Source: Octopus vulgaris (lineage: Eukaryota). Taken from it: a stretch of 64,000 nucleotides of DNA. How positions within the stretch are numbered: the stretch's first letter is position 1; each line of letters starts with the position of its first letter. The notes below the pieces were generated by a model. The model had not been told where the DNA came from. It worked only from the letters and a program-made list of their open reading frames with translations, and ran no database searches. The position numbers and the translations under genes were made by a program. The DNA lies in contig OX597820.1 in assembly GCA_951406725.2 (NCBI GenBank), forward strand, positions 102,114,001-102,178,000. Reading direction: 5' to 3'. This document shows positions 1 to 13,640 of this stretch, one piece after another.

Positions 1-980
1 TAACATAAAAGCATTGCTTTTATCCGAAAATATTACAAATCTTCCATTTATATCCCACAATTCCAACTTCTTTTATTTTATTTAATTTGTTTTTGAAATA
101 TTATTTTAAAGAAAGAAAACAAAAAATTTAAGTAAAATAGATTTTATACCAAAATATTTATCATATTCCAATGAAAGTTATCAAATTATATGTAGTATAC
201 TTGAAATTGTATTTTTACATGTTTTATAGGCTGGTGATTTTAATATTTAAAATTGTTTAAAATTAATATTCAATCTTTAAATTTTAGGAAAAAATGTCTA
301 ATGTATTGCCTGACTTGCTATTTATTGAATAGCATAAAAAGTAAGAAAAAAGAAAACTAATTGAAAATAGATCAATATATTACATACTTTTTTAAAAAGT
401 ATAAATTCAAAATTCTTTATAAAAGTATAAATCCAATTTAATATTATGTTTCTCAGGTAGAAAACAAGTATTGAGGAGTGCTGCAGAAAATCAGCCATGA
501 GTGGAGTGAAATATGTTGTTGCAATTGGTATCATCAGCATTGGATTTGGAACCGATGTGCATCACTGCACTAATTTGATTTCATACATGTTCATCACTTT
601 TATGTCTTGGCAACTGAGTAGAATTTACTTTGCTGATGAGGTTAAATAAGTTTGAAACATGTTAGTTGTTTTGACCAGCTGGAGTTAAAGACAAGATCCA
701 CTCTGATCTACACTGTCTTATTTTCCCAAATTTTTAGAAAATATTATGGAGGTTATCCCCCTTGCTTATTGTTTTAGGAAGTTTTTGTCTACAAATTACA
801 TGGGTAATATCAGTTAAAGGAAGCTTTTCAACTCATTGTATTACATGTGTGAGACCCTACCATATGTGTTTTTAGCATGTAGATCACTTCCTTGAGTTAT
901 TTTCTCTCAATTCTATTACTGTTGATGTTGTGTAATAACAGAGTAGATGGAGTGGAGCAAATCCTACTCACATTACCATC

Positions 981-1216
981 TTAATCCTTTAGCATTAAAA
1001 AAACAGCCATATCTGGCCTAAATATATCTGGCCTACCTCTTTTGTGTTCAAACTGTCAGAATCTGACCTTTTAAATCTACCATACAATGTCATTCCAAAA
1101 ATATACAATCACATCATTGAAATCTCAAAGCTATGAGATAATTCATAATTAATTCAAAACAATGTGAATAAATAAGCATTACATTTGACAGAATAACATG
1201 AATGCTAAAGTGTTAA
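981..1216. mobile_element. piggyBac-like MITE (TTAA-flanked, about 235 bp)
   Basis: Ends ttaa-tcctttagcatt ... aatgctaaagtg-ttaa; near-identical copies at 6881-7128 and (inverted) 14510-14723. Confidence 0.7.
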
Positions 1217-2955
1217 ATTATATCTAAAAGGGGGCATTGATTAGCAAACCTTTACTCATCAACTCAATAGTGTATCGTTTTTGTCTTTTCTACTGTACTT
1301 GTACAAATTCTTGTTCTGAACAAGCAAAAAAAAAAAAAAACTATTAAAACCAGTCTATATAAGTCTATATAGATTCAGTCCTTCTTTTGGAAGGACTTTA
1401 TCTCTCTAGAACTCTTTTCTAGTCCCCTGAGAAAACTAGCCACACTACAGCCTCGTCATTATATCATTTTAGGAAACCACAACCAGTAAATGGAATCTAG
1501 TTGTCACTAAACCAGGAATTGGACTTTTACAACTAAATTAGACTGATAGAAAACTCTCTAAGACTATGCAACATACTATAAATAGCAGCCAAATATCACT
1601 CAATAATTTAAAAAACTCAAAATCCTCCTTGAAATGAAGATCCTACTCCACATTTTCCAAAGAGGTGAAATGCCATTGTCGACCTCTTGCTAAATATAGA
1701 ATGCAGAAGATGGATGAGCTTAAATAATGTGTGTCATTTTGTCTTGTACTTTTGATATTTTTAACAAATTATTGTCCTAATAATGTTTTCCATAATAATT
1801 TCTTTTGTCTAAGAAAAATGCCAATATTTCTTGAAGAGGGAGACACTAACTTAAATCTGATGAAGGCAAACAGGAAGCAACATTTCTAAAAATCTCAGTC
1901 AATTAAAACATGAATTACACATGCAGCAACTGGATGTGGGGCTGGGGGATCAAGTGCTGTCTTACTAAACAGAGATAATTATTTAAAAATTATGGAATAG
2001 AGGAAAAAGCAAGAAGAGTAAGGTAAGGGAGACTGATTACAAAGAGAGATAAAAACACAAGTGGGGGAAGGATTTAAACAGAACTGAGATAAAAAAGGGG
2101 CAAAAGATTGGTGGTGAACAGAAAGATAAATAGATCAAAGAAAAGAAAAAATGCAAATTGTTATAGCTTTGGATATAATGTAAGTAGAAATGACTATGGT
2201 AGATGTATCAATGATGATAGTGATGGTGATAGTGATAGGGAAAATAGTGGTAGTGGCAAGAGTTTAAGTGGTAATTGTGCTGATTGTAGTGGCTCTTCTG
2301 GTCACATATTGGTCATATACAACAAAGTAATTCTATAAATCTTGCTATTTTTGTACCTGATTCAAAAACTGGAAGTCAATAGAGTCTTTGGCATTAATTT
2401 ATTTACTAACAGAATCAATGGGCCATGCTGTAGACTATATTTCTTCTATGATCAAAAACTATCTTAGAAACTCTCGAGAATAGCATATTGATTTCTTTTG
2501 ATTAGACATGAGGCCGGTTTTTCTCTGGGATGGAATTGAGTTAAGTCCAGTGTATTATTGGCACTAATTTTATTAGCCACTTTGTTTCTGAACAATATCC
2601 TCGAAACACAAGAAAATAATTTTAGACTCAATAAATGTAAAATAAAAATAAAAAAATTGAGATTTTTATAATTAACATCTAATTATATTTTAAGATCTAA
2701 CTAGAATTTGCAGGCATGACTGTTGGATTGGAACTTTGTCAGCTCTGGTTTGGTCACATTATATGTTATCATAAACAAGTGTTTCCTACTAAAGCTTTAT
2801 GCTGCTCAGTGTAAAATTAGTGATGGAAATTGTGTGGAAGCCCAGCACATATATATGTTCCATATTTTTTCAAGTAATATCTGTTTTATTATAAATCTAT
2901 TGTTTTAGATATGTGTACACACGCACAAACACACACACACACATACACACACACA

Positions 2956-3013
<58 letters not shown>

Positions 3014-4984
3014 CACATACACAGCTATATGTGTGTATATACATATTTATATATATGGAAAAACAATGTCAGTATTTACATTTTGTTACTTAATGATGTG
3101 ACAAATAGAAATGTTAAAATAAATAACAGGATTAAAGATAAGAACCAGGGATGATGTAATTGTGTAAAATCCACCAAGGCATTGCCCCAACAAGACTGAA
3201 ACTAGTGAAACAGTAAGAGAGTGAAAGAGAGATAATTGCATGGGGTTTTGTGTGATTGTCTACAAATACAGAATTTTCCAGAAATTAACAAGCACCAGCA
3301 CCCCCCCCCACCATGATGATGATGATGATGATGAGGATGATGATAATGGTGGTGGTGATGATGATGCAGATTAAATTAAGCAAGGAAGAATCCTTTTCAA
3401 TACCATTTTATCACTATTTGATAATCCTTTTAGTAACATTTGAAAAGTCATACTTTTTTGCTATGTTTACATTATTTACAGTCTTAAACGAATGATAATA
3501 TGTTTTTAGTATTTTTTGAAATTATTTTTTCCTATACTGGAGTGAAAAGATTAAGAAAATTAAGGTTTGTAACATATTGCTTGTAAAAAAAAAAAAAAAG
3601 AAAAGAAAAAAGAAAAAAAACCCACCATATTGGCTTTTCAGCTTTTTATCTTACTACAGTATCTTAAATGAATTTATGCCATGCTGTTGGTTTATGCTAC
3701 ATCTCCACAAATCATAATCTAAAAGAGGAAACCATAATTATCTTCTTTTTTTAAGCTTTGATATCCATCTTGAAACTATTACAATTCAAATCCTGAAGAC
3801 TGGGTGTTTCCCTTCTTTTAATGATAAATTCAGATGTTGTCTAAAACAACTTCTGGATAGAGATTGAGTCTGTCTCACTTTTCCCAAGCTTGACCAATAT
3901 CAGAAAGTAACTACTTACATAAGATAAAATTTTATTGTATTTCACAGTTTTTTGACATCTCAACACTTATTTGAATTCAAAACAGAATACAAGTATTGTT
4001 ACTGGGAGACAAAGAATCTTCATGGGAATAGAGGGAGGTTACAGATGGTAGTGATGTTGTTTGCAAAGTTTTCCTATACAACTTTTAGTAACCTTGTTCA
4101 GAAAAATTTAACAACATTTTGTTCTTTTATTTAATAGATGTTTTCTATTGTACTAATGTTAACCCCACCACAAATAAAAGAGCAAAAAACAAAAACAAAC
4201 ATAAAAAATAGATAAATTTTGTTGAGATAAATATTTAGGACATCAACTTATTATGCTATAAAATTGGAAGAACTTGATGTAGACTGCTTAATAATTCTTA
4301 GCTAGCTAAGTGTGTTTCTTGTACTCCTCTCTGTTATAATTTATCCAATAATCTTCAGCATCTTAAGTTTCCATGTAAATTTATTATAAGGAAGCAAATT
4401 GGAAATGGATTTCTCATAAAAAATTGAAGAACACAACACAACTACAAGTGATTAACTGCCAAATTTAACTTTAATATCCTATGTATTATGGGAGGATTTA
4501 GACCTGATGACATTTTAAAAATATTTAAATCTGTAGATTAAAACATTAGCTAAAAGGTAATGGTAAGCTGTCTTAATCAGCCAGTACTTAAGTCATGTAT
4601 AGACAGTCCTGAAAATTTATTTGTTAAAGTACACAGATAGCTTTGTAGCAGCTTGATGTGACACAGGAGTTCAAACCTTATTCCAGTCACTGTCTGTGTT
4701 ATTGGACAAAGTATAAAACACTGTTCATCATTGTTTGAACGGCAGATTGACATATATTAACAGACTGATTGACTAATAACATCGATAACAACAGTAACAA
4801 CAACAACAACAACAGCAGTGGTAGCAACATCAACAATATAACCTGCTCTGATTTTTTCAGCTAAATGATTAATTATAAGAAGAGTGTCTTAAAAAGATAA
4901 TTATTGTAAAGTAAATCATCCAGCATGTTTGCTAACATGGAGAAAAGAATGGTAAACAGTACTAAAAGAGAGAAAAGAAAAAAA

Positions 4985-5385
4985 GGTGCCGGAGTGGCTG
5001 TGTGGTAAGTAGCTTGCTAACCAATCACATGGTTCCGGGTTCAGTCCCACTGCGTGGCACCTTGGGCAAGTGTCTTCTGCTATAGCCCCGGGCTGACCAA
5101 TGCCTTGTGAGTGGATTTGGTAGATAGAAACTGAAAGAAGCCTGTCGTATATATGTATGTGTGTGTGCATGTTTGTGTGTCTGTGTGTCTGTGTTTGTCC
5201 CCCTAGCATTGCTTGACAACCGATGCTGGTGTGTTTACGTCCCCGTCACTTAGCAGTTCGGCAAAAGAGAGCGATAGAATAAGTACTGGGCTTACAAAGA
5301 ATAAGTCCCGGGGTCGATTTGCTTGACTAAAGGCGGTGCTCCAGCATGGCCGCAGTCAAATGACTGAAACAAGTAAAAGAGTAAA
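4985..5385 (+). mobile_element. tRNA-derived SINE family A (CORE-like, Octopus OR-type), full length
   Basis: A-box-like GTGGCTGTGTGGTAAG, B-box-like GGTTCAGTCCC, CORE-like CCTTGGGCAAGTG, internal (TG)n, tail AAGTAAAAGAGTAAA; more than 15 copies or fragments in window. Confidence 0.85.
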
Positions 5386-5825
5386 CTAAAAATTTGACTT
5401 CTGAATACTTTTCTGGTTTTGTTGTTGTTTATATTTTTGTATTGATAATAATGATTTCATTATTTCCTTTAAGGGTTTACAAAAAACGTTGGGGTCAGTA
5501 CTGGACATTATAATGTTGGGTTAAATAAAGAAGCATGTAAAAAGTAGAAAAACAATAATAAAATAAAAATTCTAATGATGAATAATTCCCCAAAAAAGCA
5601 TAACTTCCTAGGGCTGCTCGTGAAAGCCCCTCAAAACCATGGGCACTCTGATCACTAGGGGAAATGCCCTCTTCACATAATTTTCTTTCAGTTTACAGGA
5701 ACATGCTTAGTGTAGGCCAGTTCTCTCAGACCATTCTTGCTACATTCACCCCATTTTTGATGATGACGATGATGAGGACGACAATGATGATGGTGATAAC
5801 AACAACAACAACAACAATAATAGTG

Positions 5826-5877
<52 letters not shown>

Positions 5878-6314
5878 TAATAATAATAACACTGTGTTTA
5901 GTATGGTATGAGAGAATCAATACTACACACCTGTAACTTCTTCATACTCCGGTATAAATAAAACGAAAAATTCTAGTTTTTACTCTCTTGATTTACAATG
6001 TAGAAAACAAGAATATAAAGAAACTTCTATTTATTTGGTTTGTTTGCTAGAAATACAAACCAAATTTCCACATTAAAAATAAATAATGATAAAGAATATA
6101 TTTGATAATGCATAGTCACAGATATACCATGCCCGAGGATAACTATGGCTAGAATAGTTCTTTTTACTTGTAGTTCTGTTTGATCAGGGCTGACCCAGGG
6201 CTAAACAAAAACAGCAACAACAACAAGAACAACTGTAATATGGCTAGTCTTACTTGCTGTTATTATGTTATGAGGAAGGTTGTTTGTGATTTATAAAAGT
6301 AAAGATGTTTTCAA

Positions 6315-6862
6315 GTGGAAATCAGAAATCGAAGTCGATGAACATCAATGGAAATTGCAGCTGTGATACCATAGCTGGTGGCACGTAAGCGAACCATCCG
6401 ATTGTGGCCGCTGCCGCCCCGACTGGCCTCCGTGCCGGTGGCACGTAAAAAGAACCACCCAATCGTGGCCGTTGCCAGCCTTGCCTGGCCCCCGCACCAC
6501 CTGACTGTGGCCGTTGCCAGTGTTGCCCCGATTGGCCTCTGTGCCGGTGGCACGTAAAAAGCACCATCCAACCGTGGCCATTGCCAGCCTTGCCTGGTCC
6601 CTGTGCCGGTGGCACGTAAAAAGCACCATCCATCCGTGGCCGTTTGCCAGCCCCGTCTGGCACCTGTGCCGGTGGCACGTAAAAAGCACCCACTACACTC
6701 ACGGAGTGGTTGGCGTTAGGAAGGGCATCCAGCCGTAGAAACATTGCCTGATCAGACTGGGGCTGGTGCAGCCTTCTGGCTTCCCAGACCCCAGTTGAAC
6801 CATCCAACCCATGCTAGCATGTAAAGCGGATGCTAAATGATGATGATGATGATGATGATGAT
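6315..6862 (+). mobile_element. 5'-truncated RTE LINE 3' UTR copy with (GAT)n tail
   Basis: Matches 3' UTR of the full RTE at 18418-19027; five GTGCCGGTGGCACGTAAAAAGCACC-type units; ends GCTAAATGATGATG. Confidence 0.85.
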
Positions 6863-6880
6863 GTTAATAGCTGAGACTGG

Positions 6881-7128
6881 TTAACCCTTTAGAATTTAAA
6901 CTGACCATATCCAGCCCAAATATTCTGCCTGTTTTATGTTCAATCCAGCTAGATCAGACCTCTCACACCTACCCCTAACCTGTCATTCTAGAAATAAACA
7001 GTCACATCATCAGAATTTCAAAGCTACAAGATAATGCATGATTAAATAAAAACCCTAATCCTAATTCAGAAAAATGTGAATAAATAAGCATTACATTTGA
7101 CAGAGTAATCTGAATGGTAAAGCGTTAA
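6881..7128. mobile_element. piggyBac-like MITE copy
   Basis: ttaa-CCCTTTAG ... GGTAAAGCG-ttaa; homologous to 981-1216. Confidence 0.7.
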
Positions 7129-7262
7129 AATCTTAGATAAATAGTCGACCAAAAGAAGGAATTAGCAGGTATTATCACTAAGGATGTGTGCAACAAGCTA
7201 ATCTCCAAACCCAGTTTTGGAATTATGTTGGTTGTTAAGTAATATTCTTTATCTAAAAGAGT

Positions 7263-7510
7263 GATCCTCCTCCCCCTCTTCCTTCCCCTCCCCTTCCTCC
7301 TCCTCCTCCTTCTCCTCCTCCTTCCTCTTCCTCCTCCTCACTGTCCTTCTCCCCCTTCTCCTCCCCCCTCCTCCTTCTCCTCCTTCGCCTCCTCTTCCTC
7401 CTCCTCCTCCTCCTCCTCCTCTTCCTCACTGTCCTCCTCCTCCTTCCACTCCTCACTGTCCTCCTCCCTTTCCTCTCCCCACCACAACCACCACCACCAC
7501 CACCATTATA
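7263..7510. repeat. (CCT)n/(CAC)n low-complexity tract
   Basis: Directly visible. Confidence 0.9.
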
Positions 7511-8226
7511 ATCATTATCCTCATTCTAACGTCCACTTTTGCACGCTTCCATGAGTCAGATGAAACTACATTGAAGCAGAATTCTGTGGCAGAATGCCAA
7601 TGCTGGCACCAACCCCCACATGTTTCCAAATCTATCAAACAATGAACATTTCAGTTCACTTCTGTGGTGAGTTAACTCAGAAATTCCAAGCAACAATGTA
7701 ACCTTCATTTAATTAAAGTAATCTCAGCCTAATGATTAATTAAGTTTTGAGCACCTCTCATTGAGTAATTATTACATCAAAGGATCAGCTAGCTAAGTAA
7801 CATGTATAGCCTGCATTTTACCCATTCCACTCTCTCAGTTTGGATATATGTATATATATTTACAGTCAACAGGTGAAATCTAGAGACCTTTTGCACACTC
7901 CATCAGCCAATTATGAAAATTACAACTATTACATAATTCTGAGCCCACAGAAACAGTTGTTGGGTTTAAACTACCATGCTTTCTCCCCTTAGTTTTTCTG
8001 TAAGTTTTGTAAAATACCAAAGTTAAGGATTCAAAAAAGTAAGTAAGAAAATGAAGGAATAATTTTGGATTTACAGTAAAACCTTATACTGAAAAAAATT
8101 AACTCGAATGTGGCACTGTGGAGATTAGTGAATAAGTAACCAGGATGAGAAATGAATAAATAATAGTGTGTGGATTTGTTTAATTTACAATGTGAAGATA
8201 GATATGACAATATATACTCTTTGCTC

Positions 8227-8452
8227 TTTTACTCTTTTACTTGTTTCAGTCATTTGACTGTGGCCATGCTGGAGCACCACCTTTAATGGAGCAAATCGAC
8301 CCCAGGACTTATTGTTTGTAAGCCTAGTACTTATTCTATTGGTTTCTTTTGCCGAACTGCTAGGTCACGGAAACATAAACACACCAGCATCAGCTGTCAA
8401 GTGATGTTGGGGGGACAAACACAGACACACAAACACATACACACACATATAC

Positions 8453-8499
<47 letters not shown>

Positions 8500-8667
8500 T
8501 ATATGTGACGGGCTTCTTTCAGTTTCCATCTACCAAATCCACTCACAAGGCTTTGGAAGGCCCGAGGCTATAGTAGAAGACACTTGTCCAAGGTTCCATG
8601 CATGGGACTGAACCCTGAACCATGTGGTTCGTAAGCAAGCTACTTACCACACAGCCACTCCTATGCC
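8227..8667 (-). mobile_element. SINE family A
   Basis: Reverse complement of 4985-5385, internal (TA)/(CA) tract. Confidence 0.85.
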
Positions 8668-9131
8668 TTATATACAGGGAAATACATATATTGTGAGTCA
8701 AAATAGTGAGCTTCAACATAATGATTAGACCTACTAGAAATAATAACCAAATCGTCTTTAACTCATGCTCTCTCATTTTAAGAAAGAAAGTAAATATTGG
8801 ATAATGTTGTTCAAGACACAGTGTTTGAAAGAATGGATGACACAGACATGAATAGAATAACTACAACAAAAACAACAACAATGTGACAGCATACATGACA
8901 ATACTTAAGTGACATAAATACCAACATTGGTAACATAGTATACAAACATACCAACATATGTAAGATAAATGCCAACATATTTACAATACATAACATACTT
9001 ACAACATATAACAACATGATGACAAGAGTGACAAAATATAATTACAAAATATACATTATATATACATAATTATATTACAAAATATAATTACAAAAAAAGA
9101 AACAAGTTAAAAGTAATAGAATTTTTATATT

Positions 9132-9359
9132 CTTTTATTTTTTATTTCAGTCATTTGATTGCAGCCATGCTGGAGCACCACCTTAAAGGGTTTTTAGAAG
9201 AAATCGATCCCAAGATTTATTGTAAGCCTAGTACTTGTTCTATTGGTCTCTTTTGCTGAACTGTTAAAGTTTTGGGGGACATAAACACACCAGCATTGGT
9301 TTTCAGGCGATGGTTGGGGAACAAACAGACACACACATAAATACACACACATGCGTGCA

Positions 9360-9401
<42 letters not shown>

Positions 9402-9558
9402 ATGGGCTTCTTTTAGTTTCCGTCTACCAAATCTACTCACAAGGCTTTGGTCGGCCTGAGGCTATAGTAGAAGACACTTGCCCAAAGTGCCATGCAGTGG
9501 GACTGAACCCAGAACTACGTGGTTGTGAAGCAAGTTTCTTATCACACAGCCACTCCTG
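9132..9558 (-). mobile_element. SINE family A
   Basis: Reverse complement of 4985-5385. Confidence 0.85.
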
Positions 9559-10064
9559 TTTATGTATTTGTTTTGTAAAGTTCTTTACATGAAATCATGT
9601 GTTGAAACAGATATTATTAAGGAACGATCATTTTGTCAATAAAAATATGAACTTATTTATTTGATCTTCACTTTAACTTTATTATTATTATTAGTTTATT
9701 TGTCAGAGTTCTTTCATCATACATTCTGTGACCTCTTTGATGGGTATCTGTTCTTTGTGTATTCTCTTGTGTCTGGTCATGTCCTGTTCATCCCACTGAA
9801 GGACAAGATGGAATAGACAGGACAAAACCAGAAAGTAGAGGAGACACAAACAGAAAGTCACTGAAGAAGTGACAAAATGTTTGACCCAGGACAAAATGCT
9901 CAGTGGCATTTCAGCTGTCTTTATGATACTAGTTCAAATTCCACCAAGGTTGACTTTGTCTTTCATCCTTTCAGGGTCGATGAAATAAGTACCATTTGAG
10001 TACTGGGATCGATGTAATAACTAGAGCTTATGCTTATCAGCAAAATTACCATCTTCTGATATAA

Positions 10065-10345
10065 TATCATCATCATCATCATCTTTGTTTAGCATCCGTT
10101 TTCCATGCTAGCATGGGTTGGATGGTTCAACTGGGGTCTGGGAAGCCAGAAGGCTGCACCAGGCCCAGTCTGATCTGGCAATGTTTCTATGGCTGGATGC
10201 CCTTCCTAACGCCAACCACTCCGTGAGTGTAGTGGGTGCTTTTTACGTGCCACCGGCACAGGTGCCAGACGAGGCTGGCAAATGGCCACGATCGGATGGT
10301 GCTTTTTACGTGCCTCCGGCATGAGGCCAGTCGGGGCGGCGCTGC
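10065..10345 (-). mobile_element. 5'-truncated RTE 3' end
   Basis: (CAT)n then TTTAGCATCCGTTTTCCATGCTAGC...GGATGCCCTTCCTAACGCCAACC, as in 18418-18620. Confidence 0.85.
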
Positions 10346-10607
10346 ATATATTTTCTTTTATTGAACTTCGCCACTTAATTAATTTAACATAAGAAAAATA
10401 AAAGTGAAAATCAGATACAAATTTCCATAAATTCTTATATGAGAATCTACTAAATCCCTTTAAATCCAATACATACATCTGCATTCTACTGTCTCAGTAA
10501 TTTAATAATATGACTTTATTTTATCTTTTTTCCTGCTTAGTATTTATAAGATAGAATAAGAAAAATGTATTATAGAAACAATGAGACATGTTTCCATATA
10601 TTTTTCT

Positions 10608-10658
<51 letters not shown>

Positions 10659-10702
10659 GCATACATACATTTACATACATGTGAGTGTTATGTGCTTATA
10701 TA

Positions 10703-10920
10703 GTTGTGTCTGGGGAGAGTCATTCAGTTTGAATACCTTATTAATTAACATACTCACCGGTTCAATTTCCACTCATTCATTTATTTATTTAAATAAATGA
10801 GCAGAAATTGAACTGGTGACTGTGTTAATTAATAAGGCATTAAATGACTCTACCCAGACACAAAATATGCTTCAACACACAAATTCACATAAAAAATCTT
10901 GCAAGTCAAATACAAAAACG
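10703..10920. repeat. Fold-back palindromic repeat, same family as 62940-63200
   Basis: TGTGTCTGGGGAGAGTCATT...TTT|AAA...AATGACTCTACCCAGACACA, centre about 10790. Confidence 0.75.
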
Positions 10921-11009
10921 AAATATATATATGTATATATATATATATCTACAAACACACACACATACACACACACACACATACACTCAAACACACACAC
11001 ATGCATATA

Positions 11010-11403
11010 CTCTTTTACTCTTTTACTTGTTTCAGTTATTTGACTGCGGCCATGCTGGAGCACCGCCTTTAGTCAAGCAAATCAACTCTTGGACTTATTC
11101 TTTGTAAGCCTAGTACTTAATCTATCAGTCTCTTTTGCAGAACTGCTAAGTTACAGGTACGTAAACACACCAGCATCGGTTGTCAAGTGATGTTGGGGGG
11201 GACAAAGACACACAAACATATACACACACATACATATATACGAAGGGCTTCTTACAGTTTCCGTCTACCAAATCCACTCACAAGGCTTTGTTTGGCCCGA
11301 GGCTATAGTAGAAGACACTTGCCCAAGGTGCCACGCAGTGGGACTGAACCCAGAATCATGTAGTTGGTAAGCAAGCTACTTACCACACAGCCACTCCTGC
11401 ACC
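11010..11403 (-). mobile_element. SINE family A
   Basis: Reverse complement of 4985-5385. Confidence 0.85.
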
Positions 11404-11637
11404 TATATATACATATTTTGTTCATGATGAAATGGTTTATTCATCTCATTCAAATTAATTAAATAGACATTTTTATATATTGATTATGCTATGATTATAT
11501 GGATGATTGCCTTTGTATTTTAGTTGTAGAAACAGTTGTGGAAATTCATTACAAAATTTTGAAATATCAGTGAGAACTTTGCTTTCTATTCTTCTAAATA
11601 TTTAACCTTGCACATCCATTTGAGCCAGTCTAATCAC

Positions 11638-11998
11638 TCTATATATAAACGGCAAAATGTCTGTGTGCATGTCCTTTATACAAATCCATAATTTTTCAGT
11701 TAGAGGGCTCGCACTTTCTATGGTCATTCAAAACCATCCAAGGGTGGTTGTGCACATCTTTACATTTCAACAGTCACTCTGCAAAGCCATTAAAAAATCG
11801 ATAGAAATGACTTTTTTTGTGAATTTTCTATCCAAAACCCAATCAAAATGCCCGAAACTTGATATGCCAATTGAATGCCAGATAGCTGTATGTGATTGGT
11901 CAGAGATTCGGACAGTACTCGCGTGTATGTGCGCACGCACACAGCTGTATATTCATGCACTAGCACTATGACCTGGCGTTGCCGGGTCATAGTGCTAG
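11638..11998 (+). mobile_element. Non-autonomous Helitron
   Basis: 5' TCTATATATAAA; 3' GC-rich hairpin GACCTGGC-GTT-GCCGGGTC then CTAG followed by T. Confidence 0.7.
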
Positions 11999-12229
11999 TG
12001 CTATATAAAATCATTCTTATTATAGATAGTGCATTGAAGTAATAATATATTGAATTTTAATGACAACTTAAACAACCAAGCTTTTAAATCCAATAGATAG
12101 ATCTTTTATAGTGCTTTGGCACTAATTTTATATATATTTGTCAGTGTGGATAAGAATCCCACTTCACAAACACTAGTTCAACATTTAATTCTACTGTCTA
12201 GCATCTCCACCAAGTGTCTCCTTCTAGAG

Positions 12230-12576
12230 CAAGAGTTCTCAATCATTTTCCCCCTATGGACCCCTTTGATTGCTATTTTATTCTGGTGGACATCCATAGC
12301 CATTCAGTGTTTAAAGCTAGTTTTATAGAGACTTCTTTCAAAAGTCCTATTTTGTTTTTCACACATTAATTTGTCTGGGCTGAACCATGTAAAATATTAG
12401 AGAAAGAAATCTAGTTGTTTCTTGCAATACAAACCAATACATACATCTAAAGTAAAATTGTTTTCAGGGACCCTAAAATACTATTGTGGATTCCCAATTT
12501 ATTATTTTGTTATGTGGACACCACAAAATGTTATTGGGCACTCAGGGGCCATATGGACCCCAGCTGAGAACCACTG
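12230..12576. mobile_element. hAT (Charlie-like) MITE
   Basis: Ends CAAGAGTTCTCAA / CTGAGAACCACTG; 8-bp TSD TTCTAGAG / TTCTTGAG (7 of 8 match). Confidence 0.7.
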
Positions 12577-12959
12577 TTCTTGAGTCTCAAGTTAACTAAT
12601 GGTTTGTCAGTGAAATTTGGAAAATAGAAACTGCATGGAAGTTCATTTTATACATACATACATGCACACATGCATACATACATACATACATACATACATA
12701 CATACATACATACATACATACATACATTTGTGATCTCTTTTATGCTGGTGAGTGTGATCTCTGAGAATCTGAGGAATACCTGCAGCTCCTGTGGGGCTGC
12801 TTTTCTGCTGAGTGCATGAAGACTATAAGAAGACTATAGTCATACTACGGCCAGTATCAGGCATACCCTATATCCTAACATTAATGTATGCAAAGGGTTA
12901 AATGTTAAAACCGTAGATGTGTTTCTCTGCTTTGATAACACACTATTTAAATCTATTAT

Positions 12960-13640
12960 AGGATGAAGATGTCAGTTACAGACTTTCTAAGGCCTGTGTT
13001 GCCTTTGGAAAACATGGATTGAGGCTCTTGCTGCAGTCAGACATCCTAGAAGCAATGAGAATTGAGTTCTATCATGCATGTGTCTTAATAGTGTTGTATG
13101 GATGTGAGACCTGGATAACCCATTGCAAGCATATCTAATGTCTCCAGTGATTCCACCAGCAATACTTGTGCAATACCCTGAAGATCACATAATGATCTCA
13201 TGTACCTTATACAAGAGTACTGTAGCTTGTGAAAGTAATGAGTGCTGAGTCTATGATTACAAAACACCATCTTATATGGTCTGGTCATCTTGCCCATTTA
13301 TAGGATATCTGCAAGCCGAAACAGGTGTTGTCTGGTAAACTGGAGAAAGGAAAGTGTCCCCAGTGCAAGTCGAGCAAGTATTTCAAAGACAATCTTAAAA
13401 ATACATTTAGAAAGATCAATAACTATACTAACACTTGAGAAGATATTGCATCAGAAGGAATTTGACTGCTACTGATGTTACAGAATTCACTGGGTTGAAG
13501 CATGCTGGTAAATATATGGAAGATGTGAACCCACTTCCGGAGAAGAGAACAAAAGAGTCTCTTTTATCTGACCAATGTAGTCATATCTGCTTTTCAAAGA
13601 CAGGCCTACACAGCTACAAGTGTGGTCATAGATGTAGCTA
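12960..13640 (+). pseudogene. Degenerate RTE-type LINE C-terminal remnant
   Basis: Broken frames give DEDVSYRLSKACVAFGK, LYGCETW and a C-terminal zinc-finger-like QCSHICFSKTGLHSYKCGH. Confidence 0.6.

Noticed and set aside
450-600. Plus-strand exon after TTCTCAG
   Set aside because: No convincing open frame, donor or recognisable protein
4985-5060. tRNA gene
   Set aside because: tRNA-like SINE head repeated many times, with no complete cloverleaf
6311-6807. ORFs with repeated FYVPPA / LFTCHRH motifs (also 17810-18803, 23585-24163)
   Set aside because: Read-through of the RTE 3' UTR tandem units on both strands, not protein
6970-7065. Telomeric CCCTAA repeats
   Set aside because: Only isolated units inside a MITE
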